From assembly GCA_951406725.2 (NCBI GenBank), contig OX597826.1:66216001-66280000 (forward strand): 64,000 bases of DNA, given 5' to 3'. Positions within the stretch are counted from its first letter, which is position 1; each line of letters starts with the position of its first letter. This DNA is from Octopus vulgaris. Taxonomy: Eukaryota. Positions 36,940 to 49,020 of this stretch are shown piece by piece. The notes under the pieces were generated by a model. That model ran no database searches. It saw only the letters and a list, made by a program, of their open reading frames with translations, and was not told the DNA's origin. Position numbers and translations under genes: made by a program.

Positions 36940-38020
36940 GGGAATTTGCTTTCTTCTAAGCACAGATGATCTACTTCCCATCATCTTAAACAATGTCCAT
37001 GCCTACATAGAAGATGCCACTCTTCACTTTCCTCCTTAGCTATCTGTATTCAAGTTTCGTCCACATACAGCACGATCATCTCAAGGTGAATTGGCACTGA
37101 TATTGTGACCAAAAACCTCAAAAACATCTTCTATCTTACAACAGGGTCTGGCCAATCTTGTCTTCAACAGCAAACCACACATATAAATAGAACATTATCA
37201 CACCACTTTCTAAACATGAGCAGTAGGCAAGCAGAGCCGTTGCGATTACTTCAAATGCTTAAAGGCAGCAAGCTGGCAGAATTGTTAGCACGCTGGGTGA
37301 AATGCTTAGTGGTATTTCGCCTGCTGCTACATTCTGAGTTCAAATTCTGCCGAGGTTGACTTTGCCTTTCATCCTTTCAGGGTCGATAAATTAAATACCA
37401 GCTGCGTACTGGGGTCGATCTAATTGACTGGCCCCCTGCCCCAAAATTTTGGGCCTTGTGCCTAGAGTAGAAAAGATTACTTCAACTGCTAGGATTCTCT
37501 TATCAATGAAGATGTCTCATAAGAAATGCACATACTTAACATAGTAAAGACCATGTTACAAGGATTTGTCTTTCCCTTCAGAGCCAGAAAACACTTTGAT
37601 TCCCATGACTAAATACCTTCTATAAAGCTCAGGTGAGAGTCACAATGCAATACTATTTCCATAACTGGAATGATGCTCCTGATACACATACAAGCATTCT
37701 ACACCGTATCTAAAGAAAAAAAACCCACCAATCAGATTGGCGTGAACTTTCTCACAAAGACCCTCTATCTGGCTCACAGATGTGCTGTCCCCATTTTGTC
37801 TTTCCTGTCAATATTTCAAAGGACTCTTTTTAGAGCTAACTGCTTTCTTGTCCCTTGCACTCGTCTCTCCTACTCTCCCTGCTCACATTCTGTCCAATTT
37901 ATTAGCGCCACACGAATCACACTGAATAGTTTTTGTCTTTCCAGAATATTTGACCTCTGAGAATCCCCCCCAGTCTCCAACTTGCAAACATTCAAGTGGG
38001 ATGTTAATGGTATCAATCTC
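36940..38020 (+). mobile_element. CR1/Jockey-like LINE ORF2 3' fossil, interrupted by SINE B (~37262-37475)
   Basis: HAYIEDATLH (decayed YADD), LYKAQVRVTMQYYFHNW, terminal NLQTFKWDVNGINL. Confidence 0.65.
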
Positions 38021-38025
38021 CTTAC

Positions 38026-38134
38026 CTGATTGCGTACTACCGAATCCATGTGATCTTTGACTGCCACCAAAACCACTCTGTCCAGACATTCCAAACAAGT
38101 CATACTGTTTCCTTTTTTCAACATCTCCGATAAC
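38026..38134 (-). CDS. DNAJA3: DNAJA3 exon 4 (VIGDVEKRKQYDLFGMSGQSGFGGSQRSHGFGSTQS)
   Basis: End of the J-domain (KRKQYD) and start of the G/F region; CAG| and G|GTAAGG. Confidence 0.95.
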
Positions 38135-38267
38135 CTGTGAAGAAAAATACAATAAGATTTCATTTATCTTTGACACCAAGATAGGTTTCGCAGGCAGGGT
38201 GACATAGATCCAACCACAGTAATTAACCACAACAGATGAGCATGCAGGGGCAAAGATTTATCACGTA

Positions 38268-38656
38268 CTAGCAGTATCGCCTGGCGTTGCTTGGGTTTGT
38301 TTCGACCCTTTAGAATTGGAATTTTTGAAAAGTAAAAATTTTGCATTATGTAGCTTGTTATTCTGTTTAAGTGAACATTTTTCTGGTTGAAATACACTGA
38401 AAAATGGCGATACAGAAGTAAAAAAATTGTAAAAAATAGGGATTTTAATAGAAAAAAAAGCACCCTTTTGATGTAAATAATAAAAGGTCTTAACATGGTT
38501 CAATTTGAATTTTATCTTCTATGAAATGAAGAGCAAGCCTTCTTCTATCATACTCTCAATTTTGGTCAACTTGCATCACAGGGTCTCGGAGAAGAGTGTT
38601 AGTTGAAGGCTACCAAACCTGCCACACACAGACAACTTCAGCTTTATATATAGAGA
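38268..38656 (-). mobile_element. Non-autonomous Helitron
   Basis: Minus strand starts TC, ends CTAG after a GC-rich hairpin, inserted between A and T, no TSD. Confidence 0.75.
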
Positions 38657-38700
38657 TTAGTTTATCATCTCTAGCTGTTATATTCACTCAAGGTATAACC

Positions 38701-38885
38701 CAGGGGTCTCCAAACTTTTTAGACCATCGATCCCTTCATGGAATCCTTGACCCCCACCTCGCATCAACCCCCCCAGGCATTTCAAGAAAATAAATAATAA
38801 CAATTAAGTAGATGTGCATTTATTGACTACTTGAATAGTTCCATTGACCCCCAGGGGTTGATACTGACCACTTTGGAGACCCCTG
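38701..38885. mobile_element. hAT-family MITE
   Basis: TIRs CAGGGGTCTCCAAA / TTTGGAGACCCCTG; 8-bp TSD GTATAACC / GTTTAACC. Confidence 0.85.
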
Positions 38886-39332
38886 GTTTAACCCTTTAGC
38901 ATTCAGATTATTCTGTCAAATGTAATGCTTTTGCATTCACATTGATCATCATCGTCATCATCATTTGACGTCCACTTTCCATGCTGGCATGGGTTAGATG
39001 GTTTGACATGGAGCTGTCTAGACTCCAGTTGTCTGTTGTAACATGGTTTCTACAGCTATAATTGAAGATACTTGCCCAAGGTGTCACACAGTGGGACTGA
39101 ACCCAGAATCATGTGGTTGGGAAGCAAGCTTCTTACCATACAGCCATGCCTGTATATTTTTAGAATGGCATTGAAGGGTGGGTGTGACAGGCTGGATCTG
39201 GCTGGTTTGAACATAAAAACAGGTAGCCTATTTGGGCTGGATATGGCCGGTCTAACTGCTGAAGGGTCAATAGGCATTGATTTAACATGACACAACACAA
39301 TATCACATCAGGTAAATTGTGTAAGAACTTAC

Positions 39333-39416
39333 CTCATAGGCTTCGGAGACTTCTTGAAATTTCTTAGCAGCGGTAGGATCGTTCTTGTTGACATCTGGAT
39401 GATATTTCTTGGCCAA
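39333..39416 (-). CDS. DNAJA3: DNAJA3 exon 3 ([28 protein letters not shown])
   Basis: J-domain HPD motif; CAG| and |GTAAGT; 84 nt. Confidence 0.98.
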
Positions 39417-39649
39417 CTGCACAGTAGATAGAACAAGAAATGAAGGACATTTGTGCATATGTGCATGTTGAATGAGTGTGAGTGTGTGTCTGTGTGTATG
39501 CATGCGTATGGTAACCTGAGAAATTATGACTGTTCCCATGAAGTTAACAGCATTCACTTAGGCTCTTTACACCTCCCCTTTACAGTGATCATTTATGATT
39601 TTGGTGAGAAAGAAAGACAATAAAAACAATATCTCTTTTGATCAGATCA

Positions 39650-40870
39650 CGATTCTCTCTCACACACTGTCTTGCAACACGAAATACCTCAAGTCTTTGT
39701 TCCTTCATCGGACACTAAACTCTGCTTGCAAAGACCTCTTGAGGCAAGTGAAATCGAAATCAAATTCAATGACCGGCATCCGTGCTAGTGGAATGCTAAG
39801 AGTACCATACGAGCGTGATCGTTGCCAGAGTAAGAAAGTGGCCTCTGTGCCAGTGGCATGTAAAAAGCCTCATTCAAATGTGATTGTTACCTGCGTTGCT
39901 TTACTGGCACGTGAAAAAACATTCGAGTGAGGTCATTGCCAGTGCCGTTGGACTGGCTCCTGTGCAGGTGGCACATAAAAAGCACCATTTGATCATGCTC
40001 AATGCTAGTGCCACCTGACTGGCTCCCGTGCCGGTGGCACGTAAAAAGCACCATTCAATCATGGTTGATACCAGTGCTGCGTGATTGGCCCTGTGCAGGT
40101 GGCATGTAAAAAGCATCCACTACGCTCTCAGAGTGGTTGGCATCAGGAAGGGTGTCCAGCTGTAGAAACCTTGCCAGATTAGATTGGAGCCTGGTGCAGC
40201 CTCCTGGATTGCCAGCCCTCAGTCAAACCGTCCAACCCATACCAGCATGGAAAGCAGACGTTAAACAATGATGATGATCATATCTATATACTACTATCAT
40301 TTTAACTATACATCATTATCATCATAACTCTACACTTCAAACAAGATCGTCATAACTGTACCCAATCATCACCAACTATATATCCTCACTATTATAATTA
40401 TATACCACAGTCACCATCATAAGTATATATCTCCATCATCATAACTTTAGGAAAAAATCTTGGTCAGAATTTCTCCCCACGACTGTCAAAATTGAACCAA
40501 ATTCGATGACTGGCACCCGTACCAGTGGAGCGCTTACAGCTCCATCCGAGCGGGATCACTGCCAGAGCAGCTGTCTGGCTTCTGTGCTGGTGGCATGTAA
40601 AAAGCACCATTTGAGCGTGATCATTACCAGTGTCGCCTTACTGACACTTGTGCCGGTGGCACATGAACAAAACATTTGAGCGAGGTCGTTGACAGTGGCA
40701 TGTAAAAGCACCCACTACACTCTTGGAGTGGTTGGCGTTAGGAAGGGCATCTAGCTGTAGAAACTCTGCCAGATCAGATTGGAGCCTGGTGCAGCCATCT
40801 GGTTCACCAATCCTCAGTCAAATCGTCCAACCCATGCTAGCATGGAAAGCAGACGTTAAACGCTGATGAT
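39650..40870 (+). mobile_element. Two long family D retroposons (~39650-40278 and ~40495-40870)
   Basis: Tandem units of roughly 60-70 bp containing GGCACGTAAAAAGCACC, followed by the consensus tail. Confidence 0.75.
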
Positions 40871-41229
40871 GTCCAGTTGTGTGTGTAACTAAATTACCAA
40901 GCACATTGAATTAGTGTGTAAGTGGTTGAGTATTCCATAGACAAACGTACCCTTAATGTACTTCTCAGATAGAATCAGCCTGACATGGCTACACCTTTAA
41001 ACTACAGGCATCGACCATTCAACAGGCTTCTGCACAGTTTCTAACTACCCTATTTCACTTACACGCTAAGAGTCCATCTGAGGCTTTGGAAATGAACAAA
41101 GATGCTACACTGTGGGATTGAATCTGGAACCTTGTGGTTGTGAAGCTAACTTCTTAACCATCTGACCAAACTGTGCTTAACTCATAATCATATTCTATCA
41201 CCATAACTATATATTACCACAACTACCGT

Positions 41230-41263
<34 letters not shown>

Positions 41264-41485
41264 CACACACACACAGGGTTGGACAAATAGTCACAAAAAG
41301 GTATGAAATTTTAATACACGTTTTTAATTATTTTTTTTTATAAATTCAGATGTGGTTTTCCCCACCTAGATTACCTCTATTTCCTATATATATCTTGTAT
41401 ATGATGCTGGTGTTTTGCAAATTTAAAACAAATAAATTAAGAACTTATTAAATATTGAAACACCTTTGTGACTTTTAGCCCACTC

Positions 41486-41532
<47 letters not shown>

Positions 41533-42436
41533 ACGAGCAAAATGCACCCCTGTCCAATGGACGGTGCTGAGTTGTCAAATATTTAAACCAAATTTACTCA
41601 AAACAACTTGCCCGACTGTCCTATAGGCCTCCCCTTTGAGAAATTGAGACACCAGCAAAAGAAGAAATATCTTGTTTGTATCTTACTTTTTTAGTCTCTT
41701 AAATATACTGCATTTTGTGGCATTATTTCATTTATTTCTTCATTGTTGTGTGTATATATATACATATATATGATGATCAGACAGACTCCAAAGACACTGG
41801 TGTTGTGTTGGTTTGCATCAGCAAGACTGATATTATTTAGGAAAATTGACAAAAAGTATAGTGAACTTGCCATGGAGAGTGGGAAAATCTAACATTTGGA
41901 CAGAGTCCTTCTTTAACCCTTTAGTGTTCACATTATTCTGCCAAAATTAATGCTTTTTTATCCCCACTGTTTTGAACTAATCCTGCATTATCTTGTAGCT
42001 ATGAAATTTTGATGAGGTAGCTGTTAATTTTTAAGATGATATTGTAGGGTTTGTGTGAGAGACCAGATCTGGCCAGTTTGAACATAAAACAGGCAGAATA
42101 CTTTTGGCCGGATATGGCCGGTTTAAAAGCTAAAGGGTTAAGGTAAGTTGAGAGGAGAGAAATTAATAAGAGACAGAGTTTTACATCTTCTATGTTGAAA
42201 AAAAAAAAAAAATTGGCTGCAACTGATAAGGAACGCAGGACGAAAGGAGCTTCATACATGAACAGGAAGTGGCAGGAGAGAGAAATGGTGCGAGAAAGGT
42301 AGAAGGAAAGAGGAATGGAATGGAGAGAAAATGAGAGAGAAGAGAAGCAGTACATAGATGCATGCATTACATAAGCAGTTCATAAGAACAAGGTTAGACC
42401 AAACCAAGAGTAAAGAAAAGAAAATTGAGCACAAAC

Positions 42437-42579
42437 CCGATAATAAGCTTGTTTTATTTCCTTTTGGTCAGCATTTTTGGAAACTCCTAAGACATTGTAA
42501 TAATCCTGTTTATTGCGAGTCTGGCTTGAATGAATAAGTCGCACATGTGTCGTTGGTATTAAAGATTTCTTCAGTTTTT
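42437..42579 (-). CDS. DNAJA3: DNAJA3 exon 2 (EKLKKSLIPTTHVRLIHSSQTRNKQDYYNVLGVSKNADQKEIKQAYYR)
   Basis: RxxHSS presequence-cleavage-like motif, then the J-domain start DYYNVLGV; TAG| and |GTTTGT. Confidence 0.96.
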
Positions 42580-42680
42580 CTACAGACGAAGCAAAAATAA
42601 TATATAAATTGAAATATGTGAAAACAAAACAACAAATAATACAAAACAAAAAAAAAAAAACTAGAGATGGCAAAATGTAA

Positions 42681-43190
42681 CTGTAAATCCTCGAGTATAA
42701 TCCGCATTTCCCCCCCAAATTTAAAGGTCAAAATCCCTAGTGCGTACTATATACGAGGTTAGAAATGAAAATTATTTTCTAAGCAATGTCCGAGTCTCTA
42801 TTTGCTTTCCGGCAATGTTTATTCAGACACATTTTGTGATGTCGGGTGCGAAAATACCTTAAGCTAAGCCTGAAAGCAATGAAGTCATAAAAGAATCATC
42901 CATAACTTGCAGTAAGCAACATTTATTAAACGTTATTACTGTTATTTCTTTATTTTCTGCAAACAAAATGCACAAAAAGCTACACATTTGCATTGTTATA
43001 TATGTACAATAATAATAAAGGACTTTACTGTGTACAGTTTTACAAACTAAGGATGTTATATAGACCTCATTGACTCAAGTTAGAGATGGGGTACGTATTG
43101 TACACAAGGTTTAGGTTTTTCAGAGGTACAGCCCCCTAAAAATCCACTGCATATTATACTCAAGGGTGGACTATACTCAAGGATTTACAG
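42681..43190. mobile_element. Tigger/pogo-like MITE, copy 2
   Basis: CTGTAAATCCTCGAGTATA / TATACTCAAGGATTTACAG|TA. Confidence 0.85.
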
Positions 43191-44280
43191 TAATTAAGAG
43201 TCAAAATGGTGGATTGCCATAATCAGTAGAGTGTGAAATGAAGTGTTTTGTAGTATTTGGTTAGAGTCATTTACATTCTGAGTTCAAACCACATTGGGGT
43301 CAACTTTGTTTTTTCATTTTCATCCTTCGGAGATTGATAAAATAAAGAACCAATAAGGCTGTTCTGTATACAGAAGGGGTCCTCACTGCTCGATGTTGGG
43401 TCTGTTTGTGCAAAGTAAGAACGAGTGAGAAGAGAGGGCAATTGAAGGGTGACAAGGAGAAAGAAGAGAGAGCATGGGGGTGGGAGTGGTGGTGCAGAAG
43501 AGAGTGATTGGAGGTGATAGTGTAGTGGAGAAGGGGAGAAATATGGGACTTGGTGTTAAGAGGAGTAATGAAGAGAAACAGTAATGGCAGAGTGTAATGA
43601 GAGAGACAGAGAGGGAGAGAGTTATGGCATAGGATAATAGAAGGAAGACACAATGTCACAGGTAAAGGAGCAAATGATGGGCAGACATGGAAATGGTCAG
43701 TGTTAACCGAGTGTGATGGATGTGAATAATGAGTGACCCAAGGGAAATGGAATGGCTGATATTTAGTCCAGAAATGGGGTAATGTTAGCTATACACAAAT
43801 GGCACCAGTGCTGGTGGCATGTAAAAGCACTCTTAACATTCTCAGAGTGGTCGGCGTTAGGAAGCATCAAGTTATAGAAAACCATGCCAAATCAGAGTGG
43901 AGTCTGGTGCAGCCTGCTGGCCCAGTCAAACTGTCCAACCCATGCCAGCATGGACAACAGATGTTAAATGATTATGATATGTGTGTGTGTGCGCGTGCAT
44001 GCATGTTTATTGTTTCTGTGCATCTTCCACATACAAAAGCCATTTTCCCTGTTAATCGTCCTCTGATATTGCTGCACCTTTTATGTGTCCAAAGCTTATG
44101 CCAGGTTCATCTTATGGAGTTTCTACCTACACCTTTTCTACAGATCAAGCAGGGGCGTCTACTTGAAGGAATTTGTGATTTGTCTGCCTTCCTACTTACT
44201 ACAACTTTGGTTTTCGCTAGGTCCGTCAATTCTAGACCTTGCTTCCATACTTGAAACTTCTCTAGTTCTGGTAGTGATTC

Positions 44281-45030
44281 AGCTATAAGAGCAAGGTGAT
44301 CAACATAGAGGAGCTCTCAGGGGCAGCCTCTGTTATTGCCTGGAGGACTATGATGAACAAGAGAGGGCTGAGGACTGATCCTTGCTGAACCCCTACTTGT
44401 ACCCTCAATTCTTTGCTGTACTCATTACCAACCCTCACTTTACTGGTAGTGTCCCTGTACAAGGCTTGTACAGCTCTCACCAACTACTCGTCTATCCCTA
44501 GTTTCTGCATTGACCACCAGATAAGGGATTGGGCGACCCTGTCAAAGGCTTTCTCCAAGTCAACAAAAGTCAAATACAGAGGTTTATCTTTGGCTAAGTA
44601 TTTCTCCTGCAGCTACCTTACCAGAAATATAACATCAGTGGTGCTTCTACCTGGCACAAAACCAAACTGCATCTCATCTAGACTAACCATCTCCCTAATT
44701 AGTTGGATTATGACTCTCTCCGCAACTTTCATCACCTCATCCAACAATTTGGTACCTCTGAAATTATTTCTATCTAAGGCATGACCTTTACCTTTGTAGC
44801 AGTTGACTATGGGTAGGACTCCTTTGTGAACCACCTGATTTACAATACGGGTAACTAGATCATAACTCACACTGCCAGATATTTTAAGCAACTCAGCAGT
44901 GATTTCTGATGGGCCAGGGGCTCTCCCTGTCTTCATATCCTTAATTGCTTTATCTACCAGGGTACTGTTGATTCAGGTCGCTGGTCCCTCAATTGGGTCA
45001 ATATTTAGCAGACTCTCCTCCTCCCATTAT
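44281..45030 (-). mobile_element. RTE-clade LINE reverse transcriptase fragment
   Basis: KTGRAPGP, QFGFVPGRSTTDVIFLVR, FVDLEKAFDRV, GVQQGSVLSPLLFII. Confidence 0.92.
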
Positions 45031-45334
45031 AAAGATATAAACTAGAACAATAAAGTCGATTGGGACTACCAGTTTGTCAACTATTGGCTGGTTTAACTTA
45101 CTAGTTAAGCAAGCTGATAAGCAAAACTTATAGTTGCAGCTGACTTGATCTTCACAAAAAATTTGACTACCATCGGTAGTAAATGTTCAGCTGTTATTCT
45201 TAAAATTGCTTTAAAAGAATGGTCTCCAATTTTGGCACAAGATCAGAAATTTTAGGGGAACGGGTGAGCATGCTCTGCCAGATGTGTTGTGTTAGTGTAT
45301 CTGAATGATGAGGATATAAATGAATTATCGATTG

Positions 45335-45690
45335 GTACTTTTTACTTGCCACCGGCACAGAAGCCAGTCAAGCTGGCATCGGCCATGCTCGGATGGTGCT
45401 TTTTACGTGCCACCGGCACAGGTATCACAACTACTATTTCTATTTGATATTCATCAATATCAAAATAAATATCAAATGGAAATTGTAGTTGTGATACCTG
45501 TGTCTGTCGGTGACATGTAAAAAGCACCCACTACACTCTAGGAGTGGTTGGCGTTATGAATGGCATCCAGCTGTAGAAACTCAGCCAGATCAGATTGGAG
45601 CCTGGTGCAGCCATCTGGTTCGCCAGACCTCAGTCAAATCATCCAACCCATGCTAGCATGGAAAGCGGACGTTACACGATGATGATGATG
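45335..45690 (+). mobile_element. Family D retroposon preceded by an inverted internal segment
   Basis: 45335-45450 is an inverted family D piece mirrored by 45460-45530; the consensus tail follows. Confidence 0.7.
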
Positions 45691-48600
45691 ATAGTGACAG
45701 GTTCAAAAGAACATCCCTTGGGCAAAGCAAAATATTTTGTGGGAGGACTAAAAGTTATAAATTAAAATGTATCTATATCTATTCATCATCAACATTGAAT
45801 TTCTCCTGAGTTTTAACCAAGTTAACGCAATATTGGAATGGGGGAAGGAATTTAAAGGTGTTAGTATCAAGAATATAGCACAACCAAATCCAAAGCCTCA
45901 GTCTTCAGTAAAGTAAAATGCACACACACACAAACGTCGTACACAAGTGTGCCCCACCGACTTTATTTCTTCATAACTTAGCAGAAAAACCCGGATTTTT
46001 TTAATGAATGAGGTAACAAAGGCAACTCGTGTGAATTTTCTGAAACTCCTCTCCTTGCCACCGCACGGATTTTTTTTTTTCATAGCCAATTCCGATATAA
46101 TCGGAATCTAACACTACCTGAAGCATATTTACAGAAAATTTCATTAGAAAATATCCATTTTTCTGAAAGTCACAAGGGAAACAACACAGCATATTGAGGA
46201 GGGGGGGGACACTTCTGTAAGTATGTCAAAACACACACACACATACAAACAGGGGCCATCACTGGTATACTTCTGAAGTTGCAAAGACGAAACGAACACC
46301 GACTTTTGAACTATCGCTAATAGCGAAAAGACGACGGACCGGCAAAATGGTTTGTGTCTTTGATGATGTAAAAACCGGAGGAGATCGATCATAAAGACAG
46401 AGTTAAGAAAGCAGATTTTATTTAATAACTTCAACGAGAATTTTAGACGAGAAACTTTTACCTAATGCTGGGTTATACATTATAATAGATAAATTATATA
46501 ACATATAATTTACACACACACACACATACACAAACAAGCAACTACAAGAGAGTTACTAGAAATAGCAACAAAATCTTTCTTAAGGTACACACTGAATAAT
46601 GTAGTCCGTCGTATTATACTACAAAAAAAAATTAATTAAAAAGGGCGGGGCGATCGCAGTTGAGATGACTTTAATTCTATGTTTGTTGAATTAAAATCGA
46701 TTTGGGGGCACACCACAAATGTGATTTACACACACACACGAACATACTATCATAGATACACGTGTGTGAAGAGATAGACTGATAAAGAAAGAGAGAGAGA
46801 GAGAGAGAGTGAGTTATAGAAACAGGCACGCAGCTACCACTATAGAAAAATAGAGGTCACCTCGTCAGGAAACTTCTCGTTTGACGTCATTACTTTATAA
46901 CGAATGATAAGGTAATAAAAGATTGTGGAGAGTCTGCATTTATAGGGGGTAGACTGGGTGATGAGGAGATGGGGCGTCGAGGAAGGCGGTGCGTAGTCCT
47001 GGCTTTTCTCAAGGGCATTAATAGTCACGGAAGGGGTAAATGATGACATGTTTACAGTGGCAAATCGAAACCGAACAGCGACTTTCGGATCGGCAGGAAC
47101 CTCGCCCTTACTCGCTTTATAACAGCAGGGCGGCTTTCTTAGTGTGAGATACATTGAAAATAAGGCTGGATAGTCATGGTTAGAACGCCGTGTTCGTAAA
47201 TCTGTGTCAACAGTGCTGACCTTGGGCTAAACAACATCACCATCATCGCTACCATTTACCATTTTATAAAAATTTCGTAATTATGTTCCACATCGTTTGT
47301 GGCAACGGAGGTGGGACGGCGAGAAAGCATGAACGTCACACAATCACATTCCCACTCCGCAACCAACTTAGCAGGCGAATACGATTCTCAAGACGGGGTT
47401 TCGATTCTATTACGAATCCGTTTCAATAACTACCTTTCACCGTGTGTGTATGTTGTTACCATTATAGTTATTAATTGATGGAAATCAATCAAAATATTTA
47501 ATCTTTAGGCGGTATTTTGAACGGAAGCCGTAAAAGGGACGTAACTAGATATCGCAATACATGTGGTCCGGCGCTCGACCGACTTTGCACAAACAGCAGC
47601 TCCACTTTTCTTTCCGTAACTTCGACATAAATTCGAATATTTATAGGAGACAGAAGTGAAGCAAGATTAATTAATTAAATAACAAATCCTAGTAAATTAC
47701 TGGTGGTTACGAAGGGACCCCACAATAAATCATTGAATTTGATTTTTGCTACAGGAAAAGGTCACAGGTTGTGTAACCCCTATGTCAACACAAATCAAGA
47801 AAACCAACGAACGTAGGCATTCTAGCTATGACCACCCACACTAAGGGGATACCTAAAATTATTATATTATCAAATGTATCCTTCCGCTTACGATCGAATA
47901 GATAGATAGATGTATCCTTGCGTTTGTGAGATTTGGCTGCTATATCTTGCAGCTCGGACCACCCTGTAGAAGCTCCTTGTTGAGCGTAATTTACATCGAT
48001 TTTTACAATTCAGCAACGTAGCAAATTCTGAAGGAAGGAGCATGACAGTCACAACTTCACCCTTTTCGAGAAAAACCTCTCTTGCGTCGTCATGTCTCAC
48101 AAGCAAACAGCTATAATATAAAAATGGACAATAGCAGCTGAAACATGTTGCGCAGTTATTGTTTCTCAGGCCTAGGTCAACCCAAATGAAGCTAACAACA
48201 AATAATCGAAATTAACTCGAGCCATGATCATCCCTCCACGTTTTTTTAAAGACTCTAAAGGGTTACAAGTTGTGATCTGAGACGAATTTAGCTGTTGTTT
48301 TATCAACATGTGGAACGGCGGTCACAGTGAGGCTCTCACATTGTTAGTAAGTCTTACAAAACTACGAAATAAATTCAAGGTAAGCTGATATGGTAATGCG
48401 GTTTTACTCTACGATTAAATTATTCTACTTCAGGCCATACATTCCATAAACACGAAAATACAAGATATTTAATTACCAATGAAGTTCTTGGACCTGCTAG
48501 AAATAGCAGCTAAATGTCCTTCAACTCACACCCTACTGTCAAGGACACGTTTAATAGCTTTGGATAGTCATGAATGGAATGTGCTTGATCGTAGATGTGG

Positions 48601-48764
48601 TGTATCAAGATGACTTCAGGCTAAAACAACACCACGGAATCAACAGCACGTGTTGACTAACCACTTCCTGTTATCGAACATGCTGTCACATCTATGAAAA
48701 TGGATGGATCACATGTCAGATGGGCAAAGTCAGAATTAAAATTCAATGCAAGGACAGACATTGT

Positions 48765-48816
<52 letters not shown>

Positions 48817-48825
48817 CATACATAG

Positions 48826-49020
48826 TTATTTCTTTATTACCCACAAGGGGCTAAACACAGAGGGAACAAACAAGGACAGACATAGGTATTAAGTCGATTA
48901 CATCGACCCCCCAGTTCGTAACTGGTACTTAATTTATCGACCCCCGAAAGGATGAAAGGCAAAGTCGACCTCGGCGGAATTTGAACTCACAACGTAACGC
49001 AGACGAAATACCGCTAAGCA
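48826..49020 (-). mobile_element. SINE family B, 5'-truncated
   Basis: Matches the family B consensus with CpGs retained. Confidence 0.85.

Noticed and set aside
46144-47154. ORFs 46144-46434 and 46840-47154 as DNAJA3 exon 1
   Set aside because: No good phase-1 donor; 51350-51560 has a Kozak ATG, presequence-like composition and a consensus donor in the right phase.
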